Shown here: one piece after another, positions 19,688-28,141 of the stretch
Layout of the letters: every line of letters starts with the position of its first letter
Numbering within the stretch: the stretch's first letter is position 1
Assembly: GCA_964534375.1 (NCBI GenBank)
Contig: CAZHPN010000022.1
Location: forward strand, 1 to 47,804
Length of the DNA stretch: 47,804 nt
Direction of reading: 5' to 3'
Origin: an uncultured bacterium
GTDB taxonomy: Bacteria > Lernaellota > Lernaellaia > Lernaellales > Lernaellaceae
The notes under the pieces: model-generated
Databases searched by the model: none
Seen by the model: the letters and a program-made list of their open reading frames with translations, nothing else
Told to the model about the DNA's origin: nothing
Position numbers and translations under genes: made by a program

Positions 19688-20818
19688 TCAGCGGTTTTCC
19701 ACCGCTGGCGTGAGCCCCGTGTACAGTTGCATGACGGCTTGATCCAGGGCTTCCGGAGATAGGTGTGCGTAGCGCATTGTAGTCTTGATGTCCTTGTGTC
19801 CGAGCAGTTTTTGAACCTTGTACAGGGAGACGCCACGGATCACCAGTTGACTGGCGAAGCTGTGGCGAACGTCATGGAAACGAATCGTCGGTAGGCCCGC
19901 CATTCGCATGACCCTGCGAAAAGCCCCTTTGACGCGGTTCTCGTCGAGGTACTTGGCCCCCCGGTAAGGGAACACGAGGTCGCCTTGCAGGTGCCGTAGT
20001 TCTCGGTACTTCAGCAGCGCTGCCCGTGCTGACGGATGCAGCGGCAGTTCCCGAGAGTCTACGCCCTTCGGCGTATCCAGATGTCCCTTGTAGACCGCCC
20101 GATCAACGATCACGACGCTGCGCACGAAATCAATTTGATCCCAGGTCAGCGCGGCGAGTTCGCCCAGCCGCATACCGGTCGTGAAAGCCAGCATGAAGAA
20201 TGGATGCCAATCCGGTTCGATTTTCCCGCAGATGTCGAGGAATGCTGCGGACTGCTTCTCGTCGTAGTAGTGGAAGCTATCTTTTGGCGTCTTGAACATG
20301 TGGACTCGCTCCATCACGTTTTCCTCGATGTAGCCGTTCTCTTTTGCCGCTCGGAACATGGATTTGAGCACCCCGATCATGTTGTTGATCGTCTTCTTGG
20401 ACAGACCTTCGTCCACCTTCTGGCGCATGAAGCGTTGGACATCCTCGGGCCGAATTGCCGCGAGGTCGCAGTTCCCGAAGAACGGGAACAGGTGCACGCG
20501 GACAATCGACTCCTTGCGGATTTGCTCGGAGTATTTCCAACTCGCGCGGTAGTTTTCCAGCCATTGCCTTGCCCAGCCGCCGAACGGGATTTCCTCATAT
20601 TGGATCACCCCTGTTTCGGCTGCCGGATCGTTTAGACCCTCGACAAAGCCTTTGGCTTGCAACTCCCGGTGCCATTTACGCCCCAGTGCCAGAGCCTGTT
20701 TCTGGTTCTTTCCTGCTCCAGTCGAACGGTGCCACCTTTGGACGTTTCCGTTCTTGCCGCGGTACGTGAAGTCCACGTACCAGATTCCGTTCCGTTGCCG
20801 GAGATTGATCTTGCCCAT
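19688..20818 (-). CDS. Tyrosine recombinase / phage integrase
   Basis: TGMRLGE, TPKG, FHDVRHSFAS, LLGH and TTMRYAH catalytic residues; N-terminal arm-binding region. Confidence 0.96.
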   Translation of the reverse strand: MGKINLRQRNGIWYVDFTYRGKNGNVQRWHRSTGAGKNQKQALALGRKWHRELQAKGFVEGLNDPAAETGVIQYEEIPFGGWARQWLENYRASWKYSEQIRKESIVRVHLFPFFGNCDLAAIRPEDVQRFMRQKVDEGLSKKTINNMIGVLKSMFRAAKENGYIEENVMERVHMFKTPKDSFHYYDEKQSAAFLDICGKIEPDWHPFFMLAFTTGMRLGELAALTWDQIDFVRSVVIVDRAVYKGHLDTPKGVDSRELPLHPSARAALLKYRELRHLQGDLVFPYRGAKYLDENRVKGAFRRVMRMAGLPTIRFHDVRHSFASQLVIRGVSLYKVQKLLGHKDIKTTMRYAHLSPEALDQAVMQLYTGLTPAVENR

Positions 20819-21140
20819 TCATGTTCACCTCCTTTCGATGGGCGTGATCTCCAGCATCTTGCCGCAACCATGATAGCAGCTTTTGCTTAGAAAAACGCCA
20901 GGAACGACCGACTTTTCGCCCTGGGACTTGGCCACGTCGAGCGGCGTCCAAAAGGGCACGTTCGGTCACTTTCAACAACTCGGCCGCTTCAGCGACCGAA
21001 AAGACTTCATCAACCGGAATAACACCCGGGTGCAACTCCTGAAAATATTGCGTGGCGGTGTCTTCAGTCATCGGCCGCCAGTCGGCTACTGGCTGGTCCC
21101 CACACGCCTCAAGAAAGTTGCTCGAAATAGATTCGTTCAT
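20676..21140 (-). CDS. Excisionase-like HTH protein
   Basis: VFSVAEAAELLKV...RRGQVPGRKVGRSWRF. The ORF overlaps the integrase 5' end by 143 nt. Confidence 0.8.
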   Translation of the reverse strand: MNESISSNFLEACGDQPVADWRPMTEDTATQYFQELHPGVIPVDEVFSVAEAAELLKVTERALLDAARRGQVPGRKVGRSWRFSKQKLLSWLRQDAGDHAHRKEVNMNGQDQSPATERNLVRGLHVPRQERKRPKVAPFDWSRKEPETGSGTGA

Positions 21141-21251
21141 GAAAAAAAAGCCTCACTGTCGGCAGCACGCCGGCCAATAACCGGGCCGGCGGCTACCGTG
21201 TACAGAGTTACACAGAATTCCCCTCCGACCGGCCCTACCACGACCCTTGTT

Positions 21252-21392
21252 GGGGAGGCGGGGAGGCCGGGGAGGGTGTTTCTGTTTTTGTTAAAATCGC
21301 GGGAGCGGGTGGTCACAGGTTGGCCGCAACGTCCTCTTTTTTTGAATAACGTCTAAGGCCTCCCTGGCCTCCCTGGCCTCCCTGGCCTCCCT
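21252..21392. repeat. Inverted GGGAGG iteron module, copy 1 (origin-like)
   Basis: 3x GGGAGG at 21252-21276, ~80 nt spacer with A/T tracts, 4x GGCCTCCCT at 21357-21392. Overlaps the primase 3' end. Confidence 0.85.
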
Positions 21393-23790
21393 GAGGCACA
21401 AACTTTGAGCCGAAAGTCGCACGGTCGGGGATGCCTTCGGGGGCGCTGCTGGCATCGCGAAGTCTCAGGCCATGCCAGTACCAGACGCTTCGCTTATGCT
21501 TACGGAAGCCCCGCTCCTGTAAGCGTTCGGCGAATGTGCTGGAACTACCTGCCATGAGACCTTGCTTCTCGCAGAACTCTTTGTACCTCGCGTACAATGG
21601 ACCTGATTGTACAGACTGTTCCTCCGCGACGATGCATTCTTGGTCGAGAAACTGCCCCAAACGGTCCATGTCGTCCACGTAGGACTCCACAGCTTCCATG
21701 ACCTTGGTCGGAGGGTTCTCTCCCGTGCGCAGGTATTCCTTGCAGCCGTCAACCAGCCACATGAGGATTCCGGGGGCCTCAGCCCACAGTTTTTCGTGAA
21801 GCTTGTCGTCGATTTTGTCTTTGGCGACTTGCTTCTCGAACGGGATCAAGCGAAGCCGGCGGGTCATCGCATGAGAAAAATCGGTCAACACAGGGCGATG
21901 ATTGGTCGCCAGGACAATCATGAACTCCGTCATGAACTCGAAAAATTCCTTATGCAGGAACCGAGCTACCATCGTGTCGCCGCCGGTCATCCGTTTGACC
22001 ATCGCCTGATTCAGGCGCTGACCGCCGTCCAATTCCTCCGCAACTGCCAGACGGGCTCCGGCCAACCGAGCAACGTCATTGCGGGGGCCGTTTTCACGGT
22101 TGGAAACGAGGGTCGAACTGTCCGTGGATCTTGCGTAGTCGCCAAACAGCTTGGTCAGCAATTCGACGAGGGTGCTCTTTCCATTGCAGCCGGAACCGTA
22201 AAAAATGAAAAGCGCCTGGAGTTTCTTCCCGCCTAACAAACCGTGCCCGAGGATGCGCTGTAAATACGCGATCATCTGGGTGTCGCCGCTAAATATATCC
22301 TTCAGAAACCAGTCGAAGGTTGGACATTTGGCCGTGGGCTCAAAAATCACAGGCGCTTGTTTCGTGATATAATAGTTACGCTCATGTGGCAGTAGCTCGC
22401 CGGTTCGAAGGTCGATGGTGCCGTTCATCACATTGAACAAAAATGGGTTCTGGTCGAATTGGTCCCGGGTTATTGCAACCTCGGGTTCGCTCTTTGCCAT
22501 TTCGATTGCGGCGTTGATCTTTCCCGCGGATTCCGAAACTCTGGCCCACCGCTCGATCTCCGCCCGTTCCTGGTCTGAAAGTGCGTCGGTGATCTCGTCC
22601 ATTATTTTGGCCGCGACGTGCTTCGCCATCTGGGTGACTTCGCCTGTTGTCTCTTCTGGCCAGCGTCCCTCTTTCCAGACTCGCCAGAGGTTCTCATCCC
22701 AGACGTAGCGACTTTGGTCCGCGATTTCCCGGGCCAATCGTTGCCCGTTGCCCACGTCCGTGAACTTTCGACGATGCGGAGGAAGTTGTTCTGCTGCGAC
22801 GTGAGAGCGAACCTTTTTTAAGGTCCGTTCGATATAGTCGGCGCGGAGCTTGGGCTCGTCCCCGGCTTTGCGCCGACGCGCAATCAACAGATCCGTGACC
22901 TCCTGGTCGGACCATCCGGCCCTTACGGCAACAATTGCCATGGCCATATCGTAGCCGCTTGGGCTCCGGTCTTTTAGATCGGGGCGCTTGGCGTCCCAAG
23001 TAGCCGCCGCCTTTTCGTCCTTCGCCAGAAGTTCCGTCAACTTCTCGGCCGGGGGACTGGCGTTGGGATCCAAAACAAGGTCGCCGACAACGACTGCTTT
23101 CGCGCCACTGGCAACTTCTGTTGGGAGGTCTTTCTGGAGCGGGACAGTGAATTCTTCGAAATCAGACGGGTTGTACCGCCGGCTGGGTTCGATTGACTCG
23201 ATCGTGACGGGGACGCCGCCATTGTGGTTCACCGTGCCGGGCAACCTTAGTACCCTGGCTAAATCTCCGGTGGAGTCAATGTCGCACCCAAGGGCTCTCT
23301 TAAGGAATGCCTGCCACAGCTTGGGCAATTCCGGCCAATCCTGGGCAGGTGTCGGTTCCTTGAACAGCCAGTACGCATGTACCCCGCCGCCCGATTTGAC
23401 CAAGAGGGTAGGCGGAAGGGGGAGCCCCGCAAGGAACTCCCGCGCCTGTTTCTCGGTCGGATAATTCTTTTTCGCCTCCGGTTTGCGGTCGGCAAAATCA
23501 ATATCCACCCACAAGCCGGGAATCCACCTTGCGCTGGTCGCATTGCCGCGTGCCCCGGCGGAGTCGCGATCATGGACACAGCAGGTGTAATAAACGTTCT
23601 CCTGCTGGCCCAATTCCACGGCTTTCTCGGCCATTGCGGCTAGGCCTGTGTCATCTGGCGGGAACCACATGGCTGAGCCCCCGCTCTTGGTCCACAGGCC
23701 GACAACACTGCCGCCTGCGGGGGGCTCGGGCCACAGGGCTTTCAAAAAATCGGTACATTCTCTTTGTTTTTTTTCATAAACAAATTCCAT
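21313..23790 (-). CDS. Primase-helicase: RepB/AEP-like primase domain + D5_N + P4-family SF3 helicase
   Basis: WVDID, SGGGVHAYW and RVLRLPGTVN primase motifs. TDVGNGQRL (D5_N), Walker A GSGCNGKST, KRMTGGD and TNHRP. Confidence 0.92.
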   Translation of the reverse strand: MEFVYEKKQRECTDFLKALWPEPPAGGSVVGLWTKSGGSAMWFPPDDTGLAAMAEKAVELGQQENVYYTCCVHDRDSAGARGNATSARWIPGLWVDIDFADRKPEAKKNYPTEKQAREFLAGLPLPPTLLVKSGGGVHAYWLFKEPTPAQDWPELPKLWQAFLKRALGCDIDSTGDLARVLRLPGTVNHNGGVPVTIESIEPSRRYNPSDFEEFTVPLQKDLPTEVASGAKAVVVGDLVLDPNASPPAEKLTELLAKDEKAAATWDAKRPDLKDRSPSGYDMAMAIVAVRAGWSDQEVTDLLIARRRKAGDEPKLRADYIERTLKKVRSHVAAEQLPPHRRKFTDVGNGQRLAREIADQSRYVWDENLWRVWKEGRWPEETTGEVTQMAKHVAAKIMDEITDALSDQERAEIERWARVSESAGKINAAIEMAKSEPEVAITRDQFDQNPFLFNVMNGTIDLRTGELLPHERNYYITKQAPVIFEPTAKCPTFDWFLKDIFSGDTQMIAYLQRILGHGLLGGKKLQALFIFYGSGCNGKSTLVELLTKLFGDYARSTDSSTLVSNRENGPRNDVARLAGARLAVAEELDGGQRLNQAMVKRMTGGDTMVARFLHKEFFEFMTEFMIVLATNHRPVLTDFSHAMTRRLRLIPFEKQVAKDKIDDKLHEKLWAEAPGILMWLVDGCKEYLRTGENPPTKVMEAVESYVDDMDRLGQFLDQECIVAEEQSVQSGPLYARYKEFCEKQGLMAGSSSTFAERLQERGFRKHKRSVWYWHGLRLRDASSAPEGIPDRATFGSKFVPQGGQGGQGGQGGLRRYSKKEDVAANL

Positions 23791-23846
23791 AATCTTTTCC
23801 TTTGCAAATATTTTCTAAAAATGGGCAATCAAGCCCGAAACGCACC

Positions 23847-24038
23847 TCAACGGTCGTGCGTCTGACCAACTTTGCGAAACACATTGAGTAACTCCTGTCT
23901 GTCGAAATAGATCTGTCTGCCCACCCTCCAGTGGGGAATCTGGTGCTCCCTCAACAGCCGATAAATCGTGTTGAGGGAAACGCGGAACAGTTGGGCTGCT
24001 TCGCCCGGCGTAATCAACTTTACGGTCTCTTCGTTCAT
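23847..24038 (-). CDS. Excisionase/AlpA-like HTH protein
   Basis: GGAGGT RBS; LITPGEAAQLFRVSLNTIYRL...IPHWRVGRQIYF. Confidence 0.85.
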   Translation of the reverse strand: MNEETVKLITPGEAAQLFRVSLNTIYRLLREHQIPHWRVGRQIYFDRQELLNVFRKVGQTHDR

Positions 24039-24219
24039 GTACATCACCTCCCTTCGCTTCTTACTTTCTTCCGGCGCCATGCCGGAGCGGGAATCACGAG
24101 GCTGCTGGTCTGTGGAAAACTATGGCGGGGATCACAATGTGCTTTGGAAAACCCGGAAAAGCTCTTATTCCCATACCACCGCAAAACAGCCAGCGCGGTT
24201 CCTCTCACGCTTCACCATC

Positions 24220-24248
24220 ATTATGTCATAATCACCGCTTCGTGTCAA
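24220..24248 (-). promoter_or_regulatory. Sigma-70 promoter for the HTH-primase operon
   Basis: Minus strand TTGACA-17 nt-CATAAT. Confidence 0.65.
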
Positions 24249-24676
24249 TAGCCCGTCAACTTAACCCGTCATATCAACTCGGGCAACGGTTTAACCAGAT
24301 GCAGTTTCATTGTACGTTTAACCACACAACCACACCAGCAAAACCTTATCACCGATCACCCACGGCTGTTACCCCAAAACCGGCCTACCCATGCGAAGGA
24401 AGTATATCAAAAAACCAACGTGCAGTCAACAACTACCCCCATCTCCAACAGTCGCTGGCCGATCTCACATTCTGCCTCTTGTGGGATAGTGGGAGCCGGT
24501 TTCACAACAAATCAATTATTAGTCGTAAATCCGAAGAGTTCCTTACACGGGGATGGTCCCTGATCCCCCAAAACGGGCCTTGTGACCGGTTCCCCCTGAT
24601 GCTTTTCTCGAAAGTACATATTGCACTATGATGGGGGGCCGCGATTATGGTTCGAGTTCATGCCTTCCTCCTCCGT

Positions 24677-25528
24677 CTACCAGCTACGGCATGCGGCTTG
24701 GTGTCCGCAGCCCTCGCAGGCCCAGCCCGGATTCGGGTAGAACACGTCCTGGTCGAGCGCCCTCAGTACCAAATGGGTCAGCTTTTCAAACCGTCGCACG
24801 TCCCGGTCTTCGCGGACGGTTACATATTCCTCAATGGCCGGCTTCTTCAATTTTAGGGCAACCTGCCAACTCAGAGTGAGTTGGGCGTCCTCTGGGAGGA
24901 ATCCGCCCCTATCTAAGAGAAATTTGTACGCCGTGAGTTGGTTGTCACTGGCGATCTTGGCCTCGTCGTACCTCCGAGCGGCGGTTTTCAAGTCGATCAG
25001 ACGGTACAGCGAATGGTCAGACGTGTCCCGAAGCATCACGTCCACGACGCCGATGAAGTCGATGTTCTCGTCCAGGGCAACGCGGAGGGGCTGCTCCACG
25101 GCAACCACGGACTCGGCAGTCGGCATTCCCTTCTGCTGAAGCCAAGTGTAGTAAGCCTCGATGAGCTTGACCCCGAGGTCTTTCAAACTGGCCCAGGTTT
25201 CGTCGTTTTTGAGCCGGACATAACCCTTCCCGGCTTCTTCCTGGGATGCCCAGTGGGCGGCGAACGCCTCCTGCAATTCCTGCAAGGACGGCACGTGATC
25301 GGTGATTTGGACGGTTTTGTACAGCAGTTCGATCCCCTGGTGGAACGCTGACCCGAAGGGCAACGCCACGGGCACGAATTCCGGTTGCAGGCCCAAAACG
25401 TAAGCGAATTGGAACTTTAACGGGCATAAGAGGTACGTATTCAATTGCGAGTAGCTGATGTGCAGGCCATCGCGGATTTCGTCGAGGCTGGGCATCAGAT
25501 ACGGTCTGGATTCTTTGGCTGCGAACAT
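24677..25528 (-). CDS. PD-(D/E)XK nuclease (AddB/RecB/Cas4-like)
   Basis: SYSQL..YLLCP, GSAFH, GVVD, IDLKT, QLTAY and C-terminal CxxC...C. Confidence 0.88.
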   Translation of the reverse strand: MFAAKESRPYLMPSLDEIRDGLHISYSQLNTYLLCPLKFQFAYVLGLQPEFVPVALPFGSAFHQGIELLYKTVQITDHVPSLQELQEAFAAHWASQEEAGKGYVRLKNDETWASLKDLGVKLIEAYYTWLQQKGMPTAESVVAVEQPLRVALDENIDFIGVVDVMLRDTSDHSLYRLIDLKTAARRYDEAKIASDNQLTAYKFLLDRGGFLPEDAQLTLSWQVALKLKKPAIEEYVTVREDRDVRRFEKLTHLVLRALDQDVFYPNPGWACEGCGHQAACRSW

Positions 25529-25635
25529 GGTTAGTTCCTTTCGGTTGGTGTTGGATGGGGCAGACCGGACCAGGAACCAGGCTTGATGACAAATTCCGTG
25601 GCCCGATCCGCCGAATTGCTGGATGTACAGTTGTG

Positions 25636-26292
25636 CTAAGCCGCTTGGAGCGTCTGAATGAGGTCGCTGGCCTGCGCTTTGCTGATGAAGTCGGGCATCT
25701 TCTGGTAACGCTGGACGCTCAACCGTTGGAGGTCGTCCTTGGTCATTTGCCGGTCTTTGATGAGGTTGTGCAGATAGGCGAGTTGCTTGGCGGTGATGCG
25801 GCCGTTACCGTTGCCGTTCCCGTTTCCGTTGCCGTTGCTCGGTTGGGTCTCGCCGTTGGACTTCGCGGGTGCGCTGCCCGGTTCCTTCGGTCTGGCTTCC
25901 TCTTTGTCGTTCTCGAACATGTGTAGGCCCACTCCGAGCAGGGTCGAGGCCTTCTTCAAGCTGTCGGTGCTGGCCGCTTTGAAGTCGTCCACGAGGCTGA
26001 CGACTTCCCCGGTCTCTTTGTTCAAAGTGATGCGTGAGCCACCGAACGACATCTTGACGCCCAGCGGGCAGGTCAATTTTCCGAGGACCGACACCTCAGG
26101 ATCGTGAATCTTGTACTCGGTGATTTCGAAGGACCACTGACCGTCGAACGCCTCGTTGAGCCGGCGGATGACGGCATGGCCCTCGATATACAAGAGCGAT
26201 TGCCCGAAGTTGCCCGGGCGGCTTTTGATTTGGTCCTTGGTGAACGGGGTTTCGAGGACTTCGCGGACACTGCTTTTGTTCTGATCTGACAT
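25636..26292 (-). CDS. Rad52/Rad22-family single-strand annealing protein
   Basis: LLYIEGHAVIRRLNEAFDGQWSF and FKAASTDSLKKASTLLGVGLHMF; C-terminal ITAKQ helical domain. Confidence 0.88.
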   Translation of the reverse strand: MSDQNKSSVREVLETPFTKDQIKSRPGNFGQSLLYIEGHAVIRRLNEAFDGQWSFEITEYKIHDPEVSVLGKLTCPLGVKMSFGGSRITLNKETGEVVSLVDDFKAASTDSLKKASTLLGVGLHMFENDKEEARPKEPGSAPAKSNGETQPSNGNGNGNGNGNGRITAKQLAYLHNLIKDRQMTKDDLQRLSVQRYQKMPDFISKAQASDLIQTLQAA

Positions 26293-26369
26293 AGCTCTGC
26301 TCCTTGTTTTTGGCGCACCTCTGCCGTTGGCTGGTCGGAATAACCAGTTGAAAGGTGCGGCCGGGTTAG

Positions 26370-26549
26370 TTAGAACTGCGGAATTGGCTCGTAGGTGTAA
26401 CCTTCAGCGAAGGCTTCATTGGGACGCCGGACTACCGGGCAGCCGCATTCGGGATTGACCGTTGGGCCGCGATGGTTGGATGGTACGTAAAGAGTTTCCT
26501 CAAAGGTGGGTTGAGCGGGAGTAGCTTTTTCACGTTTGTCGTCGTTCAT
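26370..26549 (-). CDS. Small hypothetical protein (59 aa), not in the supplied ORF track
   Basis: GGAGGT RBS 3 nt before ATG. MNDDKREKATPAQPTFEETLYVP...YEPIPQF, co-oriented with its neighbours. Confidence 0.5.
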   Translation of the reverse strand: MNDDKREKATPAQPTFEETLYVPSNHRGPTVNPECGCPVVRRPNEAFAEGYTYEPIPQF

Positions 26550-26651
26550 GGCACCTCCGTTGTTAGATGAGTTTTTCGCTTACGCTTGATTGGCCGTAAG
26601 AGGGGAATTAGCGCGTTAGTTGCTTGGTTACGTAGCTGTCCGACGTAAGGC

Positions 26652-27479
26652 TTACGAGTTGGCTGCGGCATTGAGGCGGGGATTGAGGCGGGATTCGATG
26701 CCAGAAATAATCTGCTGAACGACGTGGACGATGTTGCTGAGCCGGTCGGTCACCTCCTTTCCGTTGGCTCCGTGAAGGGCCAAATAATTGGGTGCGGCGG
26801 ACGGCACGGTGAAATACCGGCAAACGACGTTGGCCGCGGTCTCGGCCTCGATCTCACGGGTTTTTCTATCCAGTTCGCCGTGTTTGGCCTTATGCCCGAG
26901 CAGTTCATGGGCAATTTCGTGGGCCAGAACGGCAAAGCGATCGGCCCCTTCCAGGGCGTCCGAAATGACGACGGTTCCGCCCTTGGACACGCCGTAGAGT
27001 GATCCGTGCAGTGTCGAAGTCTCGACCTTGATTTGCTGTGCCCCGGCGAAATCGGTCAGCGCAGTGGTCAAGTCAAACGCACAGGCCGAATGACTCAGGA
27101 CCTCGACCTCGGGCAGTTCCTCGCCTTCCGTTTGGCTCAGGTCAAAGACATAAACCGTGCGGAAGCGGGTTACGATGGTTTCCTCGTCGGTCTCGTCGTC
27201 TTTCTTCTTGACGCCGATCGGGGCCAGGATGGCAATGCCCTTCTCGCCCTTCCGAACGAACCGGCCCATGCTCTTCCACGTTTGGAAGCCGGCGACACGG
27301 GTTGCATCGGGCCGTTGGCAAAAGATCAGGATCGTGTTGTGGAACGAGTAGTTGTGGAACCGGGCACAGAATGAAAGGTAGTCGGTCAGTTCGCGGCTGG
27401 TTCGGACCTGATCCGTCGAGGCCGCAAGTTGCTCGACGAAGCCCTTGATCCGTGAATGCAGTTCGATTGTCGTTGGCAT
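26652..27479 (-). CDS. ArdC-like ssDNA-binding domain + zincin metallopeptidase-like domain
   Basis: FHNYSFHNTILI, VAGFQTWKSMGRFVRKGEKGIAILAP, VFDLSQTEG, HEIAHE and EIEAE. Confidence 0.88.
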   Translation of the reverse strand: MPTTIELHSRIKGFVEQLAASTDQVRTSRELTDYLSFCARFHNYSFHNTILIFCQRPDATRVAGFQTWKSMGRFVRKGEKGIAILAPIGVKKKDDETDEETIVTRFRTVYVFDLSQTEGEELPEVEVLSHSACAFDLTTALTDFAGAQQIKVETSTLHGSLYGVSKGGTVVISDALEGADRFAVLAHEIAHELLGHKAKHGELDRKTREIEAETAANVVCRYFTVPSAAPNYLALHGANGKEVTDRLSNIVHVVQQIISGIESRLNPRLNAAANS

Positions 27480-27506
27480 GATCGTGCTCCTTCGTGTGGT
27501 TGAGAT

Positions 27507-27734
27507 TTAGTGATCCTGGATTCGGTAAAGAGGCGCGGGCAGTTCCGTCGTGCGGCGGGTCGGCCACGGCGACTGGCCAGCGGCAAACAGCGCCCGCCAG
27601 CGTTCGACGTGGGCAATATTGCGGCGTCGCTGTGCCGCGGTTGGAGGCGGGGCGAGCTGGCAATACTTGGGCCAGGCCACAATGCGGGCAAACCATTTCT
27701 TGATGCGGACGCGAAGGTCTGTGATCGTGAACAT
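27507..27734 (-). CDS. Small hypothetical protein (75 aa)
   Basis: AAAGGAG RBS before ATG 27734; first gene of the ArdC-Rad52-nuclease run. Confidence 0.55.
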   Translation of the reverse strand: MFTITDLRVRIKKWFARIVAWPKYCQLAPPPTAAQRRRNIAHVERWRALFAAGQSPWPTRRTTELPAPLYRIQDH

Positions 27735-27887
27735 GGGCACTCCTTTCTGGTGGTTGAAAAAGTTGATGGGGGCCGGCTCGTTTCTTTTTTCCGGAAGCCT
27801 CACGGGTCCCCCGGATCCAGGTCTCAAAAAAATTGTGCTCAGGAAAAAATTTTCTCTGGGAATTTCTTGGTCGGGAAGTGTTTTCGC

Positions 27888-27916
27888 TTGATTATTTGGT
27901 CAAGTTGTTTTACTTT
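27888..27916 (+). promoter_or_regulatory. Putative sigma-70 promoter
   Basis: TTGATT-17 nt-TACTTT in AT-rich DNA upstream of the 28142 ORF. Confidence 0.5.
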
Positions 27917-28141
27917 TTCTATGCCTCATCGACGTGTGACTGAACGGCTTCTGCTCTGAACAAGGGGCTGGCGGGCTGGTTACCCGCGAACGACGTTGTT
28001 TGGGTATCGACGGTGAGAAGAACCACCTAGCACGACGCCGCCTGCACGCGCCGTGCTAACCACACGGTCGCCTCTACAGGAAGGGGTGCTTGTGGTGCTG
28101 CTAGGTGGGCCACTTGTCGCCCCTTTTTTTTTGGCGGTTTC

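Noticed and set aside
24122..24631. 169-aa plus-strand ORF
   Set aside because: No motif or clear RBS, and it overlaps a good minus-strand promoter in an AT-rich regulatory region.
24677..25528. Cas4-like nuclease as evidence of CRISPR-Cas
   Set aside because: No cas1/cas2 or array is present; the context next to Rad52 fits recombination.
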